A stretch of DNA of 32,000 nucleotides from Halobacteriaceae archaeon. Its GTDB lineage: Archaea > Halobacteriota > Halobacteria > Halobacteriales > Halobacteriaceae. The stretch covers positions 14,009 to 46,008 of the forward strand of contig JBDGTS010000007.1 of the NCBI GenBank assembly GCA_042216675.1. The letters run 5' to 3'. The notes beneath the pieces are model-generated. The model was not told where the DNA came from. It saw only the letters and a list, made by a program, of their open reading frames with translations, and did no database searches. The translations under genes were made by a program, and so were the position numbers. Positions 23,993-32,000 of this stretch are shown here, in pieces (the first letter of the stretch is position 1; the number at the start of each line of letters is the position of its first letter).

Positions 23993-25198
23993 TTACTGTC
24001 TAGTCCCTGTCGTGGGGTCCTCATAAACGGGCAGGTCCTCGAAGTCGGGAATCTCCACGAGGAACGCGTCGTCGGTGCCCGTCGGGTCCCCGTCGAACGC
24101 GATGGTGGACCCGTCGGGACTCATCCGTGCGTGGGGGTGGGGGCTGTCGGGGTCCCACGCGTGCGTGGCTAGTTTTCGAGGCCCATCGTACTCGTCCGTT
24201 GACTCGTCGTACTCGTACAGAAGGAGGAAGGGCACCTTCGCGTCGTCGCCGTCACAGACGAATCGCTCGCGAGTGTTCGAGTGACAGTGGGTGCGCCGGA
24301 CCGGAATCTCCGTCTCTCGCCGGTCGGTGTCGTCCCACTTGATGGTGCCGTGGAAGCAGTTCTCGTTGTTGTTCTCGCCCTGCCAGCCGTGGTAGCCGAC
24401 GTGTTCGCCGTCGCGAAGCCAGTACTCGTGGCCGACGGCCTCGTCCTCGTCGACTTCGCGGAGCGGTTCGTTGCGGTCCGTCTCGGTGTTGACGATGTGG
24501 ATGCGGTTGTCCACCTTCCCCCACGGCCCCTCGTGACAGTACGTGAACAGTTCGGGGCGCGTCGGGGAGGCGTTGACGTGAGAGATCCAGTACTCCTCCT
24601 CGTGGAGCAGTTCCGTCTCGTCCGCGCCCTCGATGTTGGCGGCGAAGATGGCGCAGTGGGGGTACTCCGCGCGGTTCGCCTCGTGGCCCTCGACGCCCGT
24701 TCGCTCGGAGACGGAGACGAGGAGACGTTCGCCGTCCGCGAGGAGGTCGTCGACGCCGAAACTGTAGTCGTCGTAGCCGTCGGGCTTCTGCACGACGGCG
24801 CGGAGGTCGAGCGTCGTCACGTCGAGACCGAGGACGTACTCCGCGTCGTACCGGTCGCCGGTGGTGCTGTACGCGAAGTACACTTCGTTCGTCTCGGGGT
24901 TGACGCGGGTACAGCCACCGACGCCGTTCGGGAGGTCGGTGAGGCGGGTCAACTGCCCGGTTTCGAGGTCCGCGGAGTAGAGGTCACGCCCGCCCTCTCG
25001 CTTGCACCGCAGGATGAGGCGCCGGCCGTCGTCGTACCAGCCGTCGGTGGTGAAGTAGAGGTGTCTGTCGTCGCTGTCGGGGTCGGTCGTGAGGCGGTGG
25101 ACCGTCGCGCCCGTGTTCGGGTCGGTGTACGTGTTCAGTTCCGAGGGGAGCACTGTGCCGGCGCGGGGTCCCTGCTCGACGTCGAGTTCGTGAACCAT
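23993..25198 (-). CDS. ogl: oligogalacturonate lyase, polysaccharide lyase family 22 (Ogl-like)
   Basis: 401 aa. Contains TGATVHRLT...RHLYFT, YCHEGPW...VDNRI, VGHEYW and THCHSN (metal-binding His residues), matching the Yersinia/Dickeya Ogl pattern CHEGP...HEFW...H-x-H. No signal peptide. Confidence 0.85.
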   Translation of the reverse strand: MVHELDVEQGPRAGTVLPSELNTYTDPNTGATVHRLTTDPDSDDRHLYFTTDGWYDDGRRLILRCKREGGRDLYSADLETGQLTRLTDLPNGVGGCTRVNPETNEVYFAYSTTGDRYDAEYVLGLDVTTLDLRAVVQKPDGYDDYSFGVDDLLADGERLLVSVSERTGVEGHEANRAEYPHCAIFAANIEGADETELLHEEEYWISHVNASPTRPELFTYCHEGPWGKVDNRIHIVNTETDRNEPLREVDEDEAVGHEYWLRDGEHVGYHGWQGENNNENCFHGTIKWDDTDRRETEIPVRRTHCHSNTRERFVCDGDDAKVPFLLLYEYDESTDEYDGPRKLATHAWDPDSPHPHARMSPDGSTIAFDGDPTGTDDAFLVEIPDFEDLPVYEDPTTGTRQ

Positions 25199-25261
25199 GG
25201 GCCGACTTCACCTGCCTGACGGCAATAAACGCTCACGTAGGGGAAATCCGCGGGGGCTTCG

Positions 25262-26488
25262 TCACGACAGCGTGTAGTCGCCGAGTTCCGGCAGGTCATC
25301 GAAGTCCGGCACGTCCACGAGGTACACGTCGCTCCCATCGCCGTTCATCGTGCTGTCGAAGACGACTGTCTCGTCGTTCGGGCCGACGCGGGCGTGGGGA
25401 TGTGCGTCGTCGTCGCCGCTCCAGTCGTGGGTCGCGAGTTTGCGCGGTCCGCGCATCTCTCCATCCCGCTCGGCCCAGACGAGCAGCGACTCGATGCCGC
25501 GGTAGGTGCCGTCGCAGACGACGAGTCCGGTGTCGTTGGCGTGGAAGTGCGTGTACGCGTCCGGCGCGTCGAACTCGTCCGGGTCGCCGCCCTCGTGGTC
25601 GACCACGCCGAAGAACGCCGCCGCGTCGTCCCTGTCGCCGCGCCACCCGTGGTAGCCGACGCGCTCACCGTCCGCCAGCCAGAACTCGTGGCCCACGGCC
25701 TCGTCGGCGTCCGTCTCGCGAACTTTCCACTGCTCGCCGGTGTCGAGGTTCAGCGCCCAGATGCGTTCGTCCACCTCGTCCCACGGCCCCTCGTGGCAGT
25801 ACGTGAGGCGGTCCGCGCGCGTCGGGGAGGTGTTGACGTGCCCGAGCCACGTCTGCTCCTCGTGGAGCACTTCGGCCTCGCCCCCCTCGGCGGGGACGGC
25901 GAGGACGAGCGAGTGCGGGTCCGCGTCGTGCATCCGCGCCATCCACGACCCACGGTCCTCGTCGGCGTCCTCGTCGTCGCCGTCGCTCGCGCGGTTCCCA
26001 CTGAACGACGGACGCTCGACCGCTCGCTCGACGAGTTGGAAACAGACCGTCTCGCCGTCGGCGGTCACGCCGGGCTTGCCGCTGTCGTAGTCGGCGTACT
26101 CGCCGCCGCGTTCGTACACGGTCCACGCGTCGAGGCCGTCGAGAGCGAGGCCGACGAGGCGGTCTCCACACCAGAAGTACGCCTCGTCCGCGGCCGGACT
26201 CGTCGTCACGCCGTGGACCTCGTCGGACAGGTCGGTGAGTTGCGTGACGAGGTGGCTGTCGAGGTGGACCGAGAACAGTTCGTGGTCGCCGTGGCGGACG
26301 CCCCGGAACAGCAGGCGTCGGCCGTCGTCGTAGCGGCCGTCCTCGGTGAAGTAGAGGTGGCGGTTGTCCGAGCCGGGGTAGTCGGTGAGCCGATGCACTG
26401 TCGCGCCCGTCTCCGGGTCCTCGTACGCCGTCGCCTCGGCGGGCCAGTGTCGGCCGGCCTTCGGTCCCTGTTGGAGTGGTTCGACCAT
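25262..26488 (-). CDS. ogl: oligogalacturonate lyase, polysaccharide lyase family 22 (second paralogue)
   Basis: The ATG at 26488 (MVEPLQQ...) is internal to track ORF 25262-26632. 408 aa with the same motifs (TGATVHRLT, YCHEGPW, VGHEFW, THFHAN). Carries an extra acidic loop (SDGDDEDADEDRG). A TTAAAT TATA box on the minus strand lies about 27 nt upstream. Confidence 0.85.
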   Translation of the reverse strand: MVEPLQQGPKAGRHWPAEATAYEDPETGATVHRLTDYPGSDNRHLYFTEDGRYDDGRRLLFRGVRHGDHELFSVHLDSHLVTQLTDLSDEVHGVTTSPAADEAYFWCGDRLVGLALDGLDAWTVYERGGEYADYDSGKPGVTADGETVCFQLVERAVERPSFSGNRASDGDDEDADEDRGSWMARMHDADPHSLVLAVPAEGGEAEVLHEEQTWLGHVNTSPTRADRLTYCHEGPWDEVDERIWALNLDTGEQWKVRETDADEAVGHEFWLADGERVGYHGWRGDRDDAAAFFGVVDHEGGDPDEFDAPDAYTHFHANDTGLVVCDGTYRGIESLLVWAERDGEMRGPRKLATHDWSGDDDAHPHARVGPNDETVVFDSTMNGDGSDVYLVDVPDFDDLPELGDYTLS

Positions 26489-26630
26489 CGTCCCCACTCT
26501 GGACCCCCCTGATTTAAGTCTCCTGCCCGTCGTCGAAAATATCGAGCGGTGTGTGTTCCGATATTCGACACATAGGAAACGCGGATGATGGAAAATTATA
26601 TATGTGGCTGTGTCAATTGTCGTCACACAC
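26489..26630. promoter_or_regulatory. divergent promoter between PL22 and the solute-binding protein gene, with inverted repeats between two TATA boxes
   Basis: The TATA box for the minus-strand gene is GATTTAAGT (26511-26519). The TATA box for the plus-strand gene is AAAATTATATAT (26592-26603), about 30 nt before the ATG at 26631. Between them lie TCGAAAATATCGA (26533-26545) and its near-inverted copy CCGATATTCGA (26558-26568). GTGTGTGT and ACACACA also occur in this region. Confidence 0.5.
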
Positions 26631-28790
26631 ATGGCGAATGATGGCAGCAGTGATCAAGACACGTTAGAGATCGACCTGAGCGTGCCCTCCGATCGGCGGA
26701 AGTTCCTCAGTGCGATGGGAGTCGCCGGGGCAGCAGGCCTCGCCGGCTGTAGTGGTGGCGGCGGCGGCGGCGACGGTGACGGCACCGCTACCGAGACGCC
26801 GACGCCGACCAGCGGCCAAGACACCACCAGCGGCGACGGCACCACCGGCGGCGACCAGACGACAACCCAGCAGGGCGCCCCGATGACGGAGCGCACGCTC
26901 TCGACGTTCGTCGGCTCCACCACCGCGGACAGCCCCGAACCGAAGGCACTGACCGAGTGGGGCTGGGCGCCGTCGAACTACCGGTCCCAGTTCCCGCGGA
27001 TGATGTACCCCTTCCTGTTCGGTCGGAAGGTGTCGTCCATCGAGGCGACTGGCGAGCGCATCCCGATGCTCATCCAGGAGTGGGAGGGCAACGCCAACGA
27101 GATTCACTACAAGATCCACGAGGACGCCAAGTGGTCCGACGGCTCGGACATCACCGCGGAGGACATGCTCGGCACCGGCATGGTCGGGCACAAGATCGGC
27201 TACGACAAGCCGGCCTCGGAACGTGACGAGTACAACACGCTCGGGCAGGCCATCACCGGCTTCCGCGCCGAGGGCAAGGACTACTACATCGAGAGCGAAG
27301 TCGGTGCCTTCGACAACTTCTGGCTGGACTTCAACGTGTGGGACATCATCGCCCACGCCGGCTCTGCCGAGTTCACCACGCAGGGCGAATTCGGCCAGTG
27401 GCTCGCCGACCAAGTCAAGGACAAGTACGACGACCTGTGGGGCAACAAGAAAGCGGGCAGCTACATGTCCAAGCTCGCGAACCAGCCGATCTCGAAGAAC
27501 GAATACTGGCCCGATGACCCGACGAAACTGCCGTACTCGGGCGCCTTCAAGCTCGACCAGGTCCTCGAGGCCAAGGCCATTCTCACGAAGAACGAGAACT
27601 GGCTGCACTCCGACTCCATCAACTGGCCCGACGTGAAGCTCATCGTCCAGAACAACACGCAGGCGCAGAACGCCCTGCTGCAGAACAACGAAGTCGAGAT
27701 GGTCCCGATGCACGGTGCGTCGGAGTCCATCATCGACTCGTTCCCGGACAACATGCAGCAATTCCCCTACGCTGCGGGTGACTCCACGAACATCCTGGCG
27801 CAGGGCCAGCACCCCCACTTCGGGAAGCCGCCGGTGCGGAAGGCGCTCCTGCAGGCGGTCGACACGCAGCAGCTCCTGAACATCGCGAACTCCTACACGA
27901 CGGCGAAGATCTCCGAGCCGCCGGGACTTCACGCCCAGCAGGAGGAGCGCTTCGTCAGCCAGGAGTTCCAGGACCAGTTCACGGAGTACCCCTACGACCC
28001 CAAGGCCGCCGCAGAGTGGATGCGCAGTGCGGGCTACACGAAGGACGGCACCAACTGGATGACGCCGGAGGGCGAACGGCTCACGGCGGAGCTCATCACT
28101 GCCGACGACAACATCCAGCTCGAGGCCACCCTCGTGTCCCAGCTGAACTCCTTCGGCATCGACACGAGCCTCACCAAGGTCACCAGCACGCAGTTCGGCA
28201 GCCGTCTCGACAACGGCAACTTCGAACTCGCCATCGAGAACTGGTTCACGGGGTACCCCGTCTGGAGTGCCGCGATTCTGGGTATCTTCTACCGTGCGTT
28301 CCAGCAGTCGGTGCGCCGGAAGAAGTGGGGCATGTTCCCCGAGGACAAGACGATGGCCTTCGTGGACCGCCACGACGAGGTCGTCAACAAGGAGTACTCG
28401 TGGACGAACAACGTCGAGGGCATCTGGCCGAACCCGTCCCTCGTCAACCCCGAGAAGCAGGACAAGTGGGTTCCCCACATCAAGGCGCCGCCGGTCGGAA
28501 AGCCGAACTCCGACAAGGAGGTCGTCTACCCCGTCGTCTACTGGGGCATCCTCTGGCAGCAGAACATCAGCCGGGAGAAGCGCAAGGAGATCATCAAGGG
28601 CGTGACGTGGGTGTACAACCAGACGCTGATGCCGTACATCCCGATCCTGGAGTCGAACCAGCTCGCGTTCCAGGACGTCGAGGACTGGAACGTCCCCAAG
28701 AAGGGCAACAAGTACTGGGACCAGTGGAACCCCCAGCACAAGCTCATCGAGCAGCCGCAGAACACCTACCAGGCTGTCCCCAAGAAGTAA
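26631..28790 (+). CDS. ABC transporter substrate-binding protein (family 5, OppA/DppA-like oligosaccharide or peptide binding), Tat-exported lipoprotein
   Basis: The ATG at 26631 fits a leaderless start relative to the TATA box; the track start GTG at 26604 is less likely. Carries a twin-arginine signal plus lipobox (SDRRKFLSAMGVAGAAGLAGC), then a Gly/Thr/Asp linker, then a large SBP_bac_5-like body. 719 aa. Confidence 0.9.
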   Translation: MANDGSSDQDTLEIDLSVPSDRRKFLSAMGVAGAAGLAGCSGGGGGGDGDGTATETPTPTSGQDTTSGDGTTGGDQTTTQQGAPMTERTLSTFVGSTTADSPEPKALTEWGWAPSNYRSQFPRMMYPFLFGRKVSSIEATGERIPMLIQEWEGNANEIHYKIHEDAKWSDGSDITAEDMLGTGMVGHKIGYDKPASERDEYNTLGQAITGFRAEGKDYYIESEVGAFDNFWLDFNVWDIIAHAGSAEFTTQGEFGQWLADQVKDKYDDLWGNKKAGSYMSKLANQPISKNEYWPDDPTKLPYSGAFKLDQVLEAKAILTKNENWLHSDSINWPDVKLIVQNNTQAQNALLQNNEVEMVPMHGASESIIDSFPDNMQQFPYAAGDSTNILAQGQHPHFGKPPVRKALLQAVDTQQLLNIANSYTTAKISEPPGLHAQQEERFVSQEFQDQFTEYPYDPKAAAEWMRSAGYTKDGTNWMTPEGERLTAELITADDNIQLEATLVSQLNSFGIDTSLTKVTSTQFGSRLDNGNFELAIENWFTGYPVWSAAILGIFYRAFQQSVRRKKWGMFPEDKTMAFVDRHDEVVNKEYSWTNNVEGIWPNPSLVNPEKQDKWVPHIKAPPVGKPNSDKEVVYPVVYWGILWQQNISREKRKEIIKGVTWVYNQTLMPYIPILESNQLAFQDVEDWNVPKKGNKYWDQWNPQHKLIEQPQNTYQAVPKK

Positions 28791-28812
28791 CGCACTCCTG
28801 ATCGACGGTCGG

Positions 28813-28824
28813 TTTTTCTTTTTT
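28813..28824 (+). terminator. oligo-T transcription terminator after the solute-binding protein gene
   Basis: TTTTTCTTTTTT lies 23 nt downstream of the stop codon. The next gene is on the opposite strand. Confidence 0.5.
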
Positions 28825-28912
28825 CGCGACGCGTAGCGACGCGTCTACTCATCGTCGGCGTGAACGGAGTCGGGCGACGCGGAGAGCGGTCAGTGTGGCG
28901 TCCGAGCGGCCG

Positions 28913-29941
28913 CTACTCCGGCGGCGACTCGATGGGGAGACAGACGTTGAAGACGGCCTCCGGGTCGGCCGTGTGGCTGGGGAGTTCGGCGAGACTCTCC
29001 GCCTCGGCCCGGGCCTGCGCGCCCGGTTCCAGCACCGCGAGGTAGAGGTGGGTCGGAATCCCGTCTTCGACGAGGACCTGCGCTCGCTCGACGTTCGGAT
29101 AGCGCGTCTCCGTGCCGTCGTCCCACTCGATGACGAGGTCGCGGTCCCCCTCGACGCGGTGGGGGTACGCGTGGGGCGGGTCGCTCACCGTCCAGTCGAG
29201 GCCGTCGGGCGACGTGGCGTGAATGCCAGCGTAGCTCTCGGCGTAGCCCTCGTGGTCGTCGACGTGAATGTGCATGTCCTTCGCCACCATGTGGAACTCG
29301 CCGTCGGGCGCCCGCCAGACGTAGTGGTCCTCGACGGGGCGGAACACGTTCTCGGCCAGCATCTCGTACTCGCCGGCGTAGTGGTCGGCCTCCCAGACGC
29401 TCACTTCGTAACTCCCGTCGCGGGTGTAGAGCAGGACGCTCCCGTCGTCGCGAACGACCGGAACGGGGTTCGTGCCCCCCGAAATCTGGCCGTGCATCTC
29501 CCACGGGCCGGCCACTGAGTCGGCGGTGGCGAGGCCGACGGCACAGTCCGTTCGGGGCTGTGGCTCCGGGCGGTTCGGCGTCGGCCGCGCCCCCTCGAAG
29601 TTACACCCGTAGTAGTAGAGCAGATAGGTCCCGTCCGGCGCGCGGACGATAGAGGGATTATGCGACATCCGGTCCCACGCTCCCTCCGACCCCGGCGGAA
29701 CCACGATGTCTCGGAACTCGAAGGGCCCCTTCGGCGTCGGTGCCGTTCCGCGGATGACGTGGGAGTTCGTCGTCCAACAGCCAAAGGAGACGTCGGCCGA
29801 CCACCCCGAGGCGAAGGCGTGATAGTCGCCGTCCTCGCCCTCGACGACGGAGGTGCCCCAGATGACCCAGTCGTCTTTCCGGAAGCCGCCCTCTTTTGGC
29901 GCTGGTCCCAGTCCGTCGGCGAAACTGCGGTGTTCGTGCAT
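28913..29941 (-). CDS. glycoside-hydrolase-like beta-propeller protein (GH43-like; family assignment uncertain)
   Basis: The ATG at 29941 (MHEHRSFADG...) is internal to track ORF 28913-30106. 342 aa. Repeated beta-strand blades contain WGTSVV, SHNPSIVRAPDGTYLLYY, GPWEMHG and HMVAKD. No signal peptide. A TATA-like GTTATGC on the minus strand lies about 27 nt upstream. Confidence 0.6.
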   Translation of the reverse strand: MHEHRSFADGLGPAPKEGGFRKDDWVIWGTSVVEGEDGDYHAFASGWSADVSFGCWTTNSHVIRGTAPTPKGPFEFRDIVVPPGSEGAWDRMSHNPSIVRAPDGTYLLYYYGCNFEGARPTPNRPEPQPRTDCAVGLATADSVAGPWEMHGQISGGTNPVPVVRDDGSVLLYTRDGSYEVSVWEADHYAGEYEMLAENVFRPVEDHYVWRAPDGEFHMVAKDMHIHVDDHEGYAESYAGIHATSPDGLDWTVSDPPHAYPHRVEGDRDLVIEWDDGTETRYPNVERAQVLVEDGIPTHLYLAVLEPGAQARAEAESLAELPSHTADPEAVFNVCLPIESPPE

Positions 29942-30108
29942 CAGTAGATTTTGTGTGACAACGTCGCATAACCCTGCTGGAGGGTGGGCCGGCTTGCCGC
30001 CGCTTTCGGTCCGCGACGCGGGATTCGCCCGACGGGCCGTCGCGGTCCGCGGATGGGTCACGTTCACACTCCGAAAGACCCTTGCCCCGGCCCCGAGTCC
30101 TCGCACTC

Positions 30109-32000
30109 GTGACGATTGGCACCTGCTACTTCCCCGAGCACTGGCCCCGCGAGCGCTGGGAAACCGACGTGAAGGAGATGGCCGACGCGGGCATCGAGTA
30201 CGTCCGCATGGCCGAGTTCTCGTGGGCGGAGATCGAACCGTCCCGCGGCGAGTTCGACTTCGAGTGGCTAGAGGACGCCGTCGAACTCATCGGCGACCAC
30301 GGCATGCAGGCCGTCCTCTGCACGCCGACGGCGACGCCGCCGAAGTGGCTCGTCGACGAACACCCGGACATCAGGCAGGAGGACCCCGACGGCACCGTGA
30401 TGGACTGGGGAAGCCGACGCCACTACTGCTTCAACTCGCCGACGTTCCGCGCGGAGACCGAACGCATCGTAACCGTCATGGCCGAGCGCTTCACCGACAA
30501 TCCCCACGTCGCCGGCTGGCAGACGGACAACGAGTACGGCTGTCACGGCACGGCTCACTGCTACTGCGACGACTGCGCGGCCGCCTTCAGGGAGTGGCTT
30601 CGGGAGCGCTACGGCGACGCCGAGACGCTGAACGAGCGCTGGGGAACCAGCTTCTGGTCCCAGCGCTACGACAGCATCGACCAACTCGACGTGCCGCGCC
30701 CGACGCCGTACAACCACCATCCCTCGCATCTGCTCGACTACAACCGCTTCAGCAGCGACAGCGTCGTCGACTACAACCGCCTGCAGGCGGACCTGCTCCG
30801 CGACGTGAACGACGACTGGTTCGTCACGCACAACTTCATGTCGGAGTTCGGCGGCGTCGACGTGAACGAGATGCGGGACGACCTCGACTTCTCGGCGTGG
30901 GACTCGTACCCCACCGGCCACGTGCAGGAGGCCGACCGCGACCTGCGCGACGCGGAGTTCCGCGTCGGCAACCCCGACCAACTCGGCCTGAACCACGACC
31001 TGTACCGCGCGCCGGACGCCCCCCACTGGATCATGGAGCAACAGCCCGGCGACGTGAACTGGCCGCCCCACAGCCCCCAACCCGGCGAGGGCGCGATGCG
31101 CCTCTGGGCGCACTGGGCCGTCGCGCACGGCGCCGACGAGGTCCTCTACTTCCGCTGGCGGCGCTGCCGCGAGGGGCAAGAGCAGTACCACGCCGGCCTC
31201 CGGAAGCAGGACGGCACTCCGGACCGGGGCTACCACGACGCCGCGGAGACGAGCGCCGACCTCGATGCCCTCGCCCTCGACCCCGTGGAGGCCGACGTGG
31301 CAATCCTCCACGACTTCGAGAACATGTGGGCGCTCGGCCCGGACCGTCACTCCCCCGATTTCTCCTACTGGGCGCACCTCAAGGCGTACTACCGCGCGCT
31401 CCGCGCCCGGGGCGCGACGGTGACCATCACCCACCCCTCGGCGGACTTGGACCGGTACGACGCCGTCGTCGGCAACAATCTCTATCTCGCCGACGACGAA
31501 CTCGCGGCCCACCTCGACGACTACGTGTCGGGTGGCGGCGACCTGCTGTTGACGATGCGCGCCGGCGTGAAGGACCGCGCGAACAAGCTCCACGAGGACC
31601 TGACGCCCGGCCCCCTCGCGAATCTCGTCGGCGCGCGCGTGGACCAACACGAGAGCGTCCCCGCGCAGATGGAGACCCGCGCCACCTACGACGGTGAGAC
31701 GCACGCCTACCGGACGTGGGCGGAGTGGCTCGACCCCGACGCCGCGGCTGTCGTCGGCCGCCACGAGACGGGCGTCGCCGCGGGCGAACCAGCAATCACC
31801 CGCAACGAGGTGGACGACGGTTCAGTCACGTACGTCGGCCTGTGGCCCGAGGCGGACCTCGCGGACCGCCTCGTCACGGACCTCCTGCACCGCGCGGACG
31901 TGCCGACGACGGACCGACTGCCCGAGGGCGTCCGCTTCGCGGAACGCGACGGTCTGACGTGGGTCGGCAACTTCACCGAGGGCGCGGTCAGCGTGGACGC
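30109..32000 (+). CDS. bgaH: beta-galactosidase, glycoside hydrolase family 42 (BgaH-like), 3'-truncated by the window end
   Basis: Not in the ORF track because it has no stop inside the window. I translated it by hand from the GTG at 30109: (M)TIGTCYFPEHWPRERWETDVKEMADAGIEYVRMAEFSW...TPTATPPKWL...AGWQTDNEYGCHGTAHCYCDDC (acid/base Glu plus the GH42 Cys zinc cluster)...WIMEQQPGDVNWPP (nucleophile Glu). It stays open to position 32000. Confidence 0.9.
   Translation, partial: MTIGTCYFPEHWPRERWETDVKEMADAGIEYVRMAEFSWAEIEPSRGEFDFEWLEDAVELIGDHGMQAVLCTPTATPPKWLVDEHPDIRQEDPDGTVMDWGSRRHYCFNSPTFRAETERIVTVMAERFTDNPHVAGWQTDNEYGCHGTAHCYCDDCAAAFREWLRERYGDAETLNERWGTSFWSQRYDSIDQLDVPRPTPYNHHPSHLLDYNRFSSDSVVDYNRLQADLLRDVNDDWFVTHNFMSEFGGVDVNEMRDDLDFSAWDSYPTGHVQEADRDLRDAEFRVGNPDQLGLNHDLYRAPDAPHWIMEQQPGDVNWPPHSPQPGEGAMRLWAHWAVAHGADEVLYFRWRRCREGQEQYHAGLRKQDGTPDRGYHDAAETSADLDALALDPVEADVAILHDFENMWALGPDRHSPDFSYWAHLKAYYRALRARGATVTITHPSADLDRYDAVVGNNLYLADDELAAHLDDYVSGGGDLLLTMRAGVKDRANKLHEDLTPGPLANLVGARVDQHESVPAQMETRATYDGETHAYRTWAEWLDPDAAAVVGRHETGVAAGEPAITRNEVDDGSVTYVGLWPEADLADRLVTDLLHRADVPTTDRLPEGVRFAERDGLTWVGNFTEGAVSVD

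Overview
High-GC (hand estimate in the high 60s %) DNA whose proteins are strongly acidic. It has Tat/lipobox signals and TATA boxes about 25-30 nt upstream of start codons (leaderless-type). All of this points to a haloarchaeal (Halobacteria) replicon. No rRNA, CRISPR array, integrase or transposase gene was found. The window has two parts.

(1) 1-9630 is a mixed housekeeping/accessory stretch:
- a tRNA-like inverted-repeat fragment at the window edge
- a small zinc-ribbon protein
- an MsbA-type ABC exporter whose ATPase domain carries an in-frame 57-nt low-GC insertion made of two perfect hairpins
- three small winged-helix regulators next to a membrane histidine-kinase-like protein
- a tightly overlapping three-gene operon: a degenerate RecA/RadB-like protein, an 84-aa protein and a family B DNA polymerase with degenerate exonuclease motifs
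- tandem crcB/fluC fluoride channel genes
- a Gfo/Idh/MocA oxidoreductase

(2) 9637-32000 is a dense carbohydrate-utilisation locus that looks dedicated to pectin/rhamnogalacturonan-type oligosaccharides:
- one Tat-secreted beta-helix protein
- signal-less GH51, GH2, GH4, a 1258-aa GH106-like protein, two PL22 oligogalacturonate lyases, a GH43-like propeller protein and a GH42 BgaH-like beta-galactosidase that runs off the window end and is missing from the ORF track
- a lone Tat-lipoprotein solute-binding protein
- DapA-family and LLM-family enzymes

The observations I rate highest are the double-hairpin in-frame insertion in the ABC gene, the RecA-like/small/PolB cassette as a possible archaeal analogue of the bacterial ImuA-ImuB-DnaE2 mutasome, and the haloarchaeal pectin-oligosaccharide locus with non-canonical downstream enzymes. 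Many long Arg/Pro-rich ORFs in the track are antisense or off-frame artefacts of high GC and were discarded.
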